A stretch of 64,000 nt of DNA from Shigella phage ESh25. Of the stretch, positions 28,207 to 37,730 are shown piece by piece. Where the stretch lies: the sequence record ON528735; one strand, written 5' to 3'. The notes below the pieces were generated by a model. That model saw only the letters and a program-made list of their open reading frames with translations. It was not told the DNA's origin and made no database searches. The translations under genes and the position numbers were made by a program. Every line of letters starts with the position of its first letter. The first letter of the stretch is position 1.

Positions 28207-28336
28207 AGTTTTGTGAAAAAATTTTTAAAAAGTTTTAGGGAATTCTAGGGTCAGGAGGGGCAATTAAAAGATAGGATAATATATTATAAAGGGTAGAAAC
28301 TAAATGATGCCTAGAGAGGCCCGGAAAGGCCTAGAT

Positions 28337-28367
28337 ACCAAAAAGCCCCAACCTTTTGGTCGGGGCT
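28337..28367 (-). terminator. rho-independent terminator (GCCCCGACC-AAAA-GGTTGGGGC plus TTTTT)
   Basis: 9-bp GC-rich stem and T run on minus strand; near-identical copy at 28893-28921. Confidence 0.6.
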
Positions 28368-28374
28368 AAGAATG

Positions 28375-28848
28375 TTATTTGATTTGTTTAGCAGACCAAA
28401 TGTGGTCTTTAATAATTTTTTGGATGTCTTCAACATACTCTAGGTCATGAGCATGTGGGTTATCTTTGAAACTATAAGCACGAGCTAGCTTTTGGCCTTC
28501 AGTTTTGATTACTAAAAGCTCTTTAAGGATAGCTTCATATTTAGAGATAATTCCTTTAACAATATTTTTTTCTTGTGTAGTTTTAGGGTCTGCTTTAGGA
28601 GCAGGTTTACCCGAAGCCTTTGCAAAAGCAGCGCCAGTAGCAACCAAACTTTTCCAGGCCATACTAACTGCATTCCCTGTAAATCCTTCGGCTTTCATAT
28701 CACGAGCAAATTGGAATCGTGATTCATCGGAAGCATCTTTATAGGAATATTTACCCGCGGCAATGGCTGCTTTTGCGACAGCTTGAATTTCGGTGCTAGA
28801 TGCTTCATTTAACACCGCTTCATTTAAAAATTGAGCATATGATTTCAT
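28375..28848 (-). CDS. putative head internal protein with capsid-targeting-like N-terminus (MKSYAQFLNEA)
   Basis: N-terminus resembles the T4 IP capsid-targeting sequence MKTYQEFIAE; late promoter TATAAATA upstream; flanked by duplicated terminators. Confidence 0.5.
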   Translation of the reverse strand: MKSYAQFLNEAVLNEASSTEIQAVAKAAIAAGKYSYKDASDESRFQFARDMKAEGFTGNAVSMAWKSLVATGAAFAKASGKPAPKADPKTTQEKNIVKGIISKYEAILKELLVIKTEGQKLARAYSFKDNPHAHDLEYVEDIQKIIKDHIWSAKQIK

Positions 28849-28884
28849 CTTATTTCCTGTTTTAATTCGTGGTTTTAATATACT

Positions 28885-28892
28885 TATTTATA
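28885..28892 (-). promoter_or_regulatory. T4 late promoter (TATAAATA)
   Basis: Exact TATAAATA on minus strand about 35 nt upstream of the ATG at 28848. Confidence 0.5.
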
Positions 28893-28921
28893 CCAAAAAG
28901 CCCCAACCTTTCGGTCGGGGC
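28893..28921 (-). terminator. rho-independent terminator ending the tRNA/stable-RNA transcript
   Basis: GCCCCGACC-GAAA-GGTTGGGGC hairpin plus TTTTT on minus strand. Confidence 0.6.
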
Positions 28922-28924
28922 TAA

Positions 28925-29238
28925 GCCTTGCGGCAACCTTGTCGGGGTTCCACCTGCTAAGGCAAGTGTTTGTACGAAACGCCGGGATTCGAACCCGGTT
29001 ATTAAGCAGTTGACGCTACTTAATATTTTTAAAAGGCCATATCTCGACCATATCCGAACGTTCCGTCAAAAACGCTACTCGGCTTACGGCAAAGATATTT
29101 CCTCGAATCGATAATTCGGTGCGCCGTTTCTGCTGTGATATAAGGGGACATTAACAAAACATAAAGATTTATTAATGCCAGTCCTTAAACAGGGAACATC
29201 AGTCCGACGACTTACCGGTAGCGACCCGGCTTCTTGTT
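28925..29238 (-). ncRNA. structured non-coding region; includes a tRNA-like element (T-arm and acceptor stem, aberrant body), possible species-1/2-type stable RNA
   Basis: No plausible ORF; CCGGG-TTCGAAT-CCCGG T-arm at 28990-28974 with pairing CGGAACG/CGTTTCG acceptor-like stem but no canonical anticodon arm. Confidence 0.3.
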
Positions 29239-29314
29239 TGGTCGAGGCAGTAGGAATCGAACCTACGACCTAGGACTTAGAAGGTCCTTGCTCTTCCTTC
29301 TGAGCTATGCCTCG
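29239..29314 (-). tRNA. tRNA-Arg: tRNA-Arg (anticodon TCT)
   Basis: Cloverleaf folded by hand: 7-bp acceptor, anticodon loop CTTCTAA, T-loop TTCGATT, encoded CCA. Confidence 0.9.
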
Positions 29315-29318
29315 GATT

Positions 29319-29393
29319 TGGCGGACGTGATAGGATTCGAACCTATAACCAATCGCTTAACAGGCGATCGCTCTGCCATTGAGCTACACATCC
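29319..29393 (-). tRNA. tRNA-Asn: tRNA-Asn (anticodon GTT)
   Basis: Cloverleaf: acceptor GGATGTG/CACGTCC, anticodon loop CTGTTAA, T-loop TTCGAAT, CCA encoded. Confidence 0.85.
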
Positions 29394-29397
29394 AAAT

Positions 29398-29484
29398 TGG
29401 TGGGGAGTGGTGGAGTCGAACCACCCGAGTCGCAATGACAATGGATTTACAGTCCACACCGCTACCTCTACGGGATAACTCCCC
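29398..29484 (-). tRNA. tRNA-Tyr: tRNA-Tyr (anticodon GTA), long variable arm
   Basis: Cloverleaf: acceptor GGGGAGT/ACTCCCC, anticodon loop CTGTAAA, variable arm GTCATTGCGAC, discriminator A, CCA encoded. Confidence 0.85.
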
Positions 29485-29493
29485 AAATTAATT

Positions 29494-29568
29494 TGGTGGC
29501 CCTGGGTGGAATTGAACCACCATCTGGCGATTATGAGTCGCTTGCTTGAACCTTCCAGCTACAGGGCC
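29494..29568 (-). tRNA. tRNA-Ile: tRNA-Ile (anticodon CAT, lysidine-type) or Met
   Basis: Cloverleaf: acceptor GGCCCTG/CAGGGCC, anticodon loop CTCATAA; T4 tRNA-Ile carries a CAU-type anticodon. Confidence 0.85.
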
Positions 29569-29569
29569 T

Positions 29570-29646
29570 TGGTGCTGATTGACGGAATCGAACCGCCGAC
29601 CTTCTCATTACAAGTGAGTTGCTCTACCTACTGAGCTAAATCAGCA
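29570..29646 (-). tRNA. tRNA-Thr: tRNA-Thr (anticodon TGT)
   Basis: Cloverleaf: acceptor TGCTGAT/ATCAGCA, anticodon loop CTTGTAA, T-loop TTCGATT. Confidence 0.9.
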
Positions 29647-29650
29647 AAAC

Positions 29651-29740
29651 TGGCGGAGGCGATAGGATTTGAACCTATGAGTCGCCGGAGCGACTGCCGG
29701 TTTTCAAGACCGGTGCATTAAACCACTCTGCCACGCCTCC
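29651..29740 (-). tRNA. tRNA-Ser: tRNA-Ser (anticodon TGA), long variable arm
   Basis: Cloverleaf: acceptor GGAGGCG/CGCCTCC, anticodon loop CTTGAAA, long variable arm. Confidence 0.9.
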
Positions 29741-29746
29741 AAATAT

Positions 29747-30355
29747 TTATATATTGTTAATTTGATTTAGAATTCTTTTTGCTTGAGTATGACTTACGCC
29801 AATATGCTTAGCATATTTAGATAATTCACCCCGCTTAGAAAAATCATATAATTTAGAAATTTCTATTCTTCTTTTTCTTTCATCCGCAGAAACTTTTGCT
29901 TCGTTTGCTTTTGCTATTTTACGTTTAGCTTCTTGAGAATGAGTTTTACCAGCAAAGCCATTTTTCATTAATCCATTTGAAGACCATCCTTTTAATTTTC
30001 CGTTAGAATGTGCCTTTTTAACACCCAATGAAATTAATTCGCGTTGCTGATCTGTCATAGGATAATTATTTATATGATCCCATCCACCTTCACCTCCAAG
30101 TTTTAAATTATACACATCTGGTCTATTTAAAAACTCTTCTGTGACAATATTTTTCTCGGCTTCAAGCATAGATTCTTTATCATCAAAATACTCTAATATT
30201 TCTTTAGAAAAATTTTCTATGCCATATTTATCTTGGGCTCTTTTTAATAATTTACCAGAACCCATATATCCATCATCTAAATTTTCGGTAGAATGCACAC
30301 CAATATAAATTTTATTATTAATTTTATTTGTTATTTTATAAAGATAAAAATGCAT
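29747..30355 (-). CDS. segB: GIY-YIG homing endonuclease (SegB-like) embedded in the tRNA array
   Basis: GIY-YIG motif (YLYKITN...IYIGVHS) near N-terminus; likely start ATG 30355 with AGGGA Shine-Dalgarno (longer ORF runs to 30397). Confidence 0.8.
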   Translation of the reverse strand: MHFYLYKITNKINNKIYIGVHSTENLDDGYMGSGKLLKRAQDKYGIENFSKEILEYFDDKESMLEAEKNIVTEEFLNRPDVYNLKLGGEGGWDHINNYPMTDQQRELISLGVKKAHSNGKLKGWSSNGLMKNGFAGKTHSQEAKRKIAKANEAKVSADERKRRIEISKLYDFSKRGELSKYAKHIGVSHTQAKRILNQINNI

Positions 30356-30400
30356 ATCAGTCCCTAATAAAGAACTGAGCGTCTCACGACGAGTCATAAA

Positions 30401-30475
<75 letters not shown>

Positions 30476-30479
30476 AAAT

Positions 30480-30566
30480 TTGGTGCGAGAAGTGGGACTC
30501 GAACCCACAAGGAAATCATTCCGCAGCATTTTAAGTGCTGTGCCTTTACCAATTTGACCATTCTCG
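30480..30566 (-). tRNA. tRNA-Leu: tRNA-Leu (anticodon TAA), long variable arm
   Basis: Cloverleaf: acceptor GCGAGAA/TTCTCGC, anticodon loop CTTAAAA, T-loop TTCGAGT, CCA encoded. Confidence 0.9.
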
Positions 30567-30567
30567 C

Positions 30568-30640
30568 GCTGGGAATAAAGGACTCGAACCTTTGCATCTA
30601 GCAGTCAAAGTGCTATGCCTTACCAACTTGGCTAATTCCC
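30568..30640 (-). tRNA. tRNA-Gln: tRNA-Gln (anticodon TTG), CCA not encoded, 1 nt from tRNA-Leu (dimeric precursor)
   Basis: Cloverleaf: acceptor TGGGAAT/ATTCCCA, anticodon loop CTTTGAC; 3' end abuts tRNA-Leu 5' end. Confidence 0.9.
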
Positions 30641-30738
30641 AATTATTAACAAAGGCTCTCAAACAAGAACCCTTGATGATAGAGGGTATTAATCAGTGCG
30701 GTATGAGTTAATAATAACAAATAGTTCTTAAAGCATAT

Positions 30739-31026
30739 TTAACATTTATGATAATACATATTTACGATGCATTCAAGACCCAAAGGATTCTTGAAAATAT
30801 CATATTCAAGAAGACCTTTTTCTGTTTCAATAAAGAAATCAAAATTTACTGTATTAAATTTACGGTCTTCCTTCACTAATTTAACTTGAGAAGATGAACG
30901 GTCAATGTAAACTTTTTCAACTTCAAAACATGTTAAAATGCCATAATCATCAATCAAGGCTTTAGCTGCTTCTTGATCATATTTATATCCATTTTCAATG
31001 GATGATACTTTTGCATAAAAAATCAT
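30739..31026 (-). CDS. hypothetical protein (95 aa)
   Basis: Last gene of a three-gene early operon upstream of the tRNA array. Confidence 0.55.
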   Translation of the reverse strand: MIFYAKVSSIENGYKYDQEAAKALIDDYGILTCFEVEKVYIDRSSSQVKLVKEDRKFNTVNFDFFIETEKGLLEYDIFKNPLGLECIVNMYYHKC

Positions 31027-31028
31027 TA

Positions 31029-31418
31029 TCAGCCTTCATCAACAATAGTATGAGTGTGGGCATTTACAATTTGCCACCAATCAAAGCGATTAGAACCATA
31101 CATTGGTTTGTTCTCATTTTCTTTGATAATGTCACGGAGTTCATCTTCGGTAGCGGCTTTCGCGATTAAATCAGCATATCCACCGCGAGGATAATAATTA
31201 TCACCTGCAAAAAGTAAAAAGTTTGGTTTAATGTTATTGAACTCTTCAAGAGTAATAACTGTTCCACCAGGTTGAACAATATCTACATAACTATATCCTA
31301 ATTTTTGAGCAGCATCTACTGCTTCAAGCAAGGTATCATGAGCCCATCCAATTTGGCAATCTGGCTTTTCAGATGGATTAGCCTGATAATCTGCATATAC
31401 TTTATACATTTTACTCAC
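31029..31418 (-). CDS. hypothetical protein (129 aa)
   Basis: Intact ORF; no recognisable motif. Confidence 0.55.
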   Translation of the reverse strand: MSKMYKVYADYQANPSEKPDCQIGWAHDTLLEAVDAAQKLGYSYVDIVQPGGTVITLEEFNNIKPNFLLFAGDNYYPRGGYADLIAKAATEDELRDIIKENENKPMYGSNRFDWWQIVNAHTHTIVDEG

Positions 31419-31596
31419 CTTTAGAAATTTTATCCATAACGATAGCGATTAAACCAATTAAAAATGCTACTACAAGCGAAAACACATTTTCTGCTGTAGT
31501 TAATAATCCGCATATAAATCCAACAAACATTGAAAAACTAAAAGCAGAAGCAGAAATTGCAATAGCAACATTTCGAATTAATTCACAGCGTTTCAT
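31411..31596 (-). CDS. small membrane protein (about 61 aa)
   Basis: ATG at 31596 after promoter/leader; two hydrophobic helices. Confidence 0.5.
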   Translation of the reverse strand: MKRCELIRNVAIAISASAFSFSMFVGFICGLLTTAENVFSLVVAFLIGLIAIVMDKISKGE

Positions 31597-31636
31597 TTTA
31601 TTCTCCTCAGTAGTTGATAGGGTAATAGTATCACTA

Positions 31637-31666
31637 CTAAAACCCCGTGTAAACAACTTTGTGAAA
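31637..31666 (-). promoter_or_regulatory. T4-type early promoter (copy 1 of duplicated cassette)
   Basis: GTTTAC at 31666-31661, TACTAT at 31642-31637; about 35 nt upstream identical to the copy at 31956-32010. Confidence 0.55.
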
Positions 31667-31924
31667 TTATTTTAAATCTTCTAATCGTTTCTTCATCTTA
31701 GAACCATTTTTAGCGATTTCTCCTGCGTCAGAGCATAATGCTAAAAGTGCTTTAACTTTAGTTTGGTCTCCTTTAAAAGACGAAGGATCGACTGCAGCAG
31801 CAAGTTCTTTAATACGAGAGAAAAGACGCTCAGCTTCAGCTAAAGCCATTCCAAGCTTTACTTCCATACCATGAGAAGATTCAGTGATAATAGTTTCTGT
31901 AGCAAACTCTTTATAAGTTTTCAT
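31667..31924 (-). CDS. putative head internal protein with capsid-targeting-like N-terminus (MKTYKEFATE)
   Basis: N-terminus closely resembles the T4 IP capsid-targeting sequence MKTYQEFIAE; 85 aa; sits between duplicated promoter cassettes. Confidence 0.55.
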   Translation of the reverse strand: MKTYKEFATETIITESSHGMEVKLGMALAEAERLFSRIKELAAAVDPSSFKGDQTKVKALLALCSDAGEIAKNGSKMKKRLEDLK

Positions 31925-31955
31925 TTTTATTTTCCTAATTAATTTTGATGAGGTA

Positions 31956-31985
31956 ATAGTATCACTACCTCATCAGTGTGTAAAC
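31956..31985 (-). promoter_or_regulatory. T4-type early promoter (copy 2 of duplicated cassette)
   Basis: GTTTAC at 31985-31980, TACTAT at 31961-31956; -10 lies in the loop of a 9-bp inverted repeat GATGAGGTA/TACCTCATC. Confidence 0.55.
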
Positions 31986-31997
31986 AACTTTGTGAAA

Positions 31998-32682
<685 letters not shown>

Positions 32683-32683
<1 letters not shown>

Positions 32684-33408
32684 TATAGTACCTTTAGTGT
32701 ATTTTTAATTTTAGAAAAAAGTTCTTCAAGAGAACCATCGTTTGTAATTACTAAATCGCCATCACGAATTGGCAATCCAGCTTCTGTAATATGAGTATCA
32801 TTGGATTTTTGACCAGGACGAACTACATGAATTACTGTAGCACCCATCGCCCTAGCCGCATCCATTTCATGATCTTGACGAGTATCAGGAACGATATAAT
32901 AATCATAACCTGAGTTAAATTTATCAAGATAATCTAAAGCAAATAATTTTACCCAATACATGCGGTCGAAGTTATTAACAATCAAATCCGTACCTAGGGC
33001 TTGCATCAGACGACGGACTGACCATTGATCTTCAATATTATTTATAACGTCAATAATCTTGTTAAATGCTACGGAATTAACTGATTCTTGTCCTTCGTCA
33101 TCAAAAACAAACACACCCTTAATTGGGCTTTTACCATTAAGATAGCAAAATGCTTGTTCCATAATCGTGATTACTTCTAATTTAGTCAGATTTAAATTAG
33201 TCTCACGATCATAGTCAATTCCTTCAAACTCTTTACGAGTTAAGCAAGGATAGTCAGTGTTTGCTGCAAATACTCCCCATGCATAAGCCAATGCATCCTT
33301 AATAGGACCAGCAAGTTGGTATTTAACTGCAGAATAATTACTCATGATAAAATCTGCAGTAGTATCTTTTCCACTACGCTTTACACCACTTAAAAAGATT
33401 AGTTTCAT
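32683..33408 (-). CDS. 1: deoxynucleoside monophosphate kinase
   Basis: 241 aa from ATG 33408 (GAGGAG upstream); P-loop GVKRSGKDT; recalled near-identity to T4 gp1. Confidence 0.93.
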
Positions 33409-33457
33409 ATGTTTCTCCTCAAATTTAATTAAGATTATAACACACAAAACTGAAGCA

Positions 33458-33988
33458 TTAAACTTCTGCTATAATTTTTCCATCTTTTTCTACTTGAAAA
33501 TACGTATAAGGAATCGTTGCTGTACATACTAAAGCTGGGTCTGAATCTTCCGTGTAGCTAAATTCTACTTCAGACAGGTCAGAAACCCAAGGCTTATAAA
33601 AATTTATTGACATCACGATTTCAGTTTTACTATTATCTAAAATGTAAAGCGTAATGTATTCAGGACCTGTTTTTTGGGCAGTATTTTCGCCTGTAAGATA
33701 GTTACTAGTTCCTAGCATCCATTCATACATTCCTATCCACGACTTAAGTTCTTCATCAACTATAAATCTCACAATGAGTGGATCATACTCAAATGTAACA
33801 CCTGGACGTTGTGCTCGGCCCAGTCCAAACGGCCCAGTCACGGTATCAGTAACAGGTATTCTAATTCCTGGAATAGGAACTGACTGAGCGTTTAAAGTAA
33901 AAGCAGATGTAGTATTACTATGTGGTATTGATACTACAAAGTTAGTTGTATTTGCTTGGTTAAAAATTTGTTGCAGAGCTTGCGACAT
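33458..33988 (-). CDS. 3: gp3, tail tube terminator / sheath stabiliser
   Basis: 176 aa from ATG 33988 (GAGGAA upstream); T4 gene order 1-3-2-4. Confidence 0.85.
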   Translation of the reverse strand: MSQALQQIFNQANTTNFVVSIPHSNTTSAFTLNAQSVPIPGIRIPVTDTVTGPFGLGRAQRPGVTFEYDPLIVRFIVDEELKSWIGMYEWMLGTSNYLTGENTAQKTGPEYITLYILDNSKTEIVMSINFYKPWVSDLSEVEFSYTEDSDPALVCTATIPYTYFQVEKDGKIIAEV

Positions 33989-34094
33989 ATATTCCTCATA
34001 ATGCTTTATAACTGTTGGTGGTATAATGGGTCTAAGTCCCTTCCATTCAATTCCATTTAGAACAAACAACAGAAAAGAATGGAAGATAATAGAA

Positions 34095-34919
34095 TTAAAT
34101 ATTTGACCAGACTTTGTTTGCAGAGAAACGTTTTCCTTTTGAAACGAACTGCTGAAGTGGCATCAACACAACGTTCGCCCAGTCTTTCGGGGCGATTTCA
34201 ACAAGGCTACCCATAATATTACCAGGTATATATGCCTTAATCATTTGGTCTGCACCCCTAAATCCTTTCACTTGACTCCAATCAATTTTTAATTTCGTTT
34301 TATTAGTAATAGTAGGTGTATTTGAATATTGCTTTAAAAGCTCTTCTAGGAATTGCTGACGAGCTTTAGGTGGAATATAGTGCAAGTTCAATCCGTACAT
34401 TAAATTATGCTTACCTAAACCAAGGTAAATTATTAAAGGAAATTTATCCCAGTAAGGAAGAGTTTCCTTGTGTTTAGCATCATAAGCAAAAGCATATATT
34501 CGTCCCGGCTGCGGGCGAACAACTTTATGTCCTTTTACTTGCTTAATAGTTTCAGCAAACCACTTTCTGGTTTTATTATTAATTGCTGCACCTTCATTAC
34601 GAATTTTATCACGCAATGTTTGCCTGAATGAATTTATCATAAGCAGTTGTCTTTCTTGCTTATTGAGTTTATTCATTGGTTTTGATTCAAGCTTTTGAAT
34701 CTTTTCAGCCGTTTTAATTCCTGAAGCATATTTTGACATTGCCGAAGTAAACGTAGAGTATTTAATTCCTCTTTCTTCAGCAAATTGCTTTCCTGACATT
34801 CCTTTTGCTTTGGCCTTTTTATATTCAAGACCTATCTGAATCCATTTCTTTTCGTTTAATGATTGCTTAACCTTTGGAACTTGGGGAGTGCTTTCATTAA
34901 TTATTTGAAAAATAGCCAT
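34095..34919 (-). CDS. 2: gp2, DNA end protector protein
   Basis: 274 aa; T4 gene order and size. Confidence 0.85.
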   Translation of the reverse strand: MAIFQIINESTPQVPKVKQSLNEKKWIQIGLEYKKAKAKGMSGKQFAEERGIKYSTFTSAMSKYASGIKTAEKIQKLESKPMNKLNKQERQLLMINSFRQTLRDKIRNEGAAINNKTRKWFAETIKQVKGHKVVRPQPGRIYAFAYDAKHKETLPYWDKFPLIIYLGLGKHNLMYGLNLHYIPPKARQQFLEELLKQYSNTPTITNKTKLKIDWSQVKGFRGADQMIKAYIPGNIMGSLVEIAPKDWANVVLMPLQQFVSKGKRFSANKVWSNI

Positions 34920-35371
34920 TATGCCCCCTTAAAGCCAAGAGCTCGTAATCCATCTTCTGTTAGAATTCTAAATTTTATTCCACGCTTTTCAGCTAAAGAT
35001 TGCGCTGCTTTCCATTTGTCAGTATTAACGGAATATGTATAAATTTCATTCATAAATCTTTTCTTCGCTGCAGTTGTTAGATGTGCTGGTTTAACTGGTG
35101 GTTGTGTTTCTTTTTTAGGTTTTATTTCAATAAAAAATTCTTGTCCAGAAGAATCTTTCATCCAAATATCCATGAAGTATCTACGTTTTTTCCCTTCTGC
35201 ATTACAAAAATAAGGAATTACTGCTGTTTCACTACCCCATGCAATAATTTCTGGATTTTTATCTAACCATTCAAAAAAGAATTTTTCCCAATTTGATCTA
35301 TACGTAATTTTTTTAGGGTCACCTCTATACTTTGATATATTTTTAGGAACCCATTTTCCAGAATATGCCAT
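34919..35371 (-). CDS. 4: gp4, head completion protein
   Basis: 150 aa; T4 gene order and size. Confidence 0.85.
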   Translation of the reverse strand: MAYSGKWVPKNISKYRGDPKKITYRSNWEKFFFEWLDKNPEIIAWGSETAVIPYFCNAEGKKRRYFMDIWMKDSSGQEFFIEIKPKKETQPPVKPAHLTTAAKKRFMNEIYTYSVNTDKWKAAQSLAEKRGIKFRILTEDGLRALGFKGA

Positions 35372-35382
35372 TGGATTCTCCT

Positions 35383-35390
35383 TATAAATA
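35383..35390 (+). promoter_or_regulatory. T4 late promoter (TATAAATA) for gene 53
   Basis: Exact TATAAATA 29 nt upstream of the gene 53 ATG. Confidence 0.6.
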
Positions 35391-35418
35391 GATAATATAT
35401 TTATAAACAGGAGGGCCC

Positions 35419-36009
35419 ATGCTCTTTACATTTTTTGATCCGATTGAATATGCGGCCAAAACGGTGAATAAAAACGCGCCGACTATTCCTATGACAGATA
35501 TTTTTAGAAACTATAAAGACTATTTTAAACGCGCTCTTGCGGGATACCGCTTACGTACTTATTATATTAAAGGTTCACCACGCCCGGAAGAATTAGCAAA
35601 TACTATATATGGAAATCCACAGTTGTATTGGGTTTTATTGATGTGTAATGATAATTATGATCCATATTATGGATGGATTACTTCACAAGAAGCAGCTTAT
35701 CAAGCATCTATACAAAAATACAAAAATGTAGGTGGAGACCAAATAGTATATCATGTAAATGAGAATGGTGAAAAATTTTATAATTTAATATCATACGATG
35801 ATAATCCATATGTTTGGTATGACAAAGGTGATAAAGCTAGAAAATATCCTCAATATGAAGGAGCACTTGCTGCGGTCGATACGTATGAAGCTGCTGTTCT
35901 TGAAAATGAAAAACTTCGTCAAATAAAAATAATAGCAAAATCAGACATTAATTCATTTATGAACGACCTTATACGTATAATGGAGAAATCTTATGGAAAT
36001 GATAAGTAA
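35419..36009 (+). CDS. 53: gp53, baseplate wedge protein
   Basis: 196 aa; position upstream of gene 5. Confidence 0.9.
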   Translation: MLFTFFDPIEYAAKTVNKNAPTIPMTDIFRNYKDYFKRALAGYRLRTYYIKGSPRPEELANTIYGNPQLYWVLLMCNDNYDPYYGWITSQEAAYQASIQKYKNVGGDQIVYHVNENGEKFYNLISYDDNPYVWYDKGDKARKYPQYEGALAAVDTYEAAVLENEKLRQIKIIAKSDINSFMNDLIRIMEKSYGNDK

Positions 36010-37720
36010 TAACCTTAATTGGTTTGTTGGTGTTGTTGAAGATAGAATGGACCCATTAAAATTAGGTCGTGTTCGTGTTCGTGTGGTTGGTCTACATCCA
36101 CCTCAAAGAGCACAAGGCGATGTAATGGGTATTCCAACTGAAAAATTACCATGGATGTCAGTTATTCAACCTATAACTTCTGCAGCGATGTCAGGAATTG
36201 GAGGTTCTGTTACAGGGCCAGTAGAAGGAACTAGAGTTTATGGTCATTTTTTAGACAAATGGAAAACTAATGGAATTGTCCTTGGCACGTATGGTGGAAT
36301 AGTTCGCGAAAAACCGAATAGACTTGAAGGATTTTCTGATCCAACTGGGCAATATCCTAGACGTTTAGGAAATGATACGAACGTATTAAACCAAGGCGGA
36401 GAAGTAGGATATGATTCCTCTTCTAACGTTATTCAAGATAGTAACTTAGACACCGCAATAAATCCCGATGATAGACCACTATCAGAGATTCCAACCGATG
36501 ATAATCCAAATATGTCAATGGCTGAAATGCTTCGCCGTGATGAAGGATTAAGATTAAAAGTTTATTGGGATACCGAAGGATATCCGACAATTGGTATTGG
36601 TCATCTTATCATGAAGCAGCCAGTTCGTGATATGGCTCAAATTAATAAAGTTTTATCAAAACAAGTTGGTCGTGAAATTACAGGAAATCCAGGTTCTATT
36701 ACAATGGAAGAGGCGACGACTTTATTTGAGCGTGATTTGGCTGATATGCAACGTGACATTAAATCACATTCTAAAGTAGGACCAGTCTGGCAAGCTGTCA
36801 ACCGTTCTCGTCAAATGGCGTTAGAAAATATGGCATTTCAGATGGGTGTTGGTGGTGTAGCTAAATTTAACACAATGTTAACTGCTATGTTAGCAGGAGA
36901 TTGGGAAAAAGCGTATAAAGCCGGTCGTGATTCATTGTGGTATCAACAAACAAAGGGTCGTGCATCCCGTGTTACCATGATTATTCTTACGGGAAATTTG
37001 GAATCATATGGTGTTGAAGTGAAAACACCAGCTAGGTCTTTATCTGCAATGGCTGCTACTGTAGCTAAATCTTCTGACCCTGCTGATCCTCCTATTCCAA
37101 ATGACTCGAGAATTTTATTCAAAGAACCAGTTTCTTCATATAAAGGTGAGTATCCTTATGTGCATACGATGGAAACTGAAAGTGGACATATCCAAGAATT
37201 TGATGATACCCCTGGGCAAGAACGATACAGATTAGTTCATCCAACTGGAACTTATGAAGAAGTATCACCGTCAGGAAGAAGAACAAGAAAAACTGTTGAT
37301 AATTTGTATGATATAACAAATGCTGATGGTAATTTTTTGGTAGCCGGTGATAAAAAGACTAACGTCGGTGGATCAGAAATTTATTACAACATGGATAATC
37401 GTTTACATCAAATCGATGGAAGCAATACAATATTTGTACGTGGCGATGAAACTAAGACGGTTGAAGGTAATGGAACTATCCTAGTTAAAGGTAATGTTAC
37501 TATTGTAGTTGAAGGTAATGCTGACATTACAGTTAAAGGAGATGCTACCACTTTAGTTGAAGGTAATCAAACTAATACAGTAAATGGAAATCTTTCTTGG
37601 AAAGTTGCTGGGACAGTTGATTGGGACGTTGGTGGTGATTGGACAGAAAAAATGGCATCTATGAGTTCTATTTCATCTGGTCAATACACAATTGATGGAT
37701 CGAGGATTGACATTGGCTAA
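35993..37720 (+). CDS. 5: gp5, baseplate hub / tail-associated lysozyme
   Basis: 575 aa; OB-fold N-terminus, T4-lysozyme-like domain (MAEMLRRDEGLRLKVYWDTEGYPTIGIGH), C-terminal VxGxxxx beta-helix repeats. Confidence 0.97.
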   Translation: MEMISNNLNWFVGVVEDRMDPLKLGRVRVRVVGLHPPQRAQGDVMGIPTEKLPWMSVIQPITSAAMSGIGGSVTGPVEGTRVYGHFLDKWKTNGIVLGTYGGIVREKPNRLEGFSDPTGQYPRRLGNDTNVLNQGGEVGYDSSSNVIQDSNLDTAINPDDRPLSEIPTDDNPNMSMAEMLRRDEGLRLKVYWDTEGYPTIGIGHLIMKQPVRDMAQINKVLSKQVGREITGNPGSITMEEATTLFERDLADMQRDIKSHSKVGPVWQAVNRSRQMALENMAFQMGVGGVAKFNTMLTAMLAGDWEKAYKAGRDSLWYQQTKGRASRVTMIILTGNLESYGVEVKTPARSLSAMAATVAKSSDPADPPIPNDSRILFKEPVSSYKGEYPYVHTMETESGHIQEFDDTPGQERYRLVHPTGTYEEVSPSGRRTRKTVDNLYDITNADGNFLVAGDKKTNVGGSEIYYNMDNRLHQIDGSNTIFVRGDETKTVEGNGTILVKGNVTIVVEGNADITVKGDATTLVEGNQTNTVNGNLSWKVAGTVDWDVGGDWTEKMASMSSISSGQYTIDGSRIDIG

Positions 37721-37730
37721 TATACTTCCA

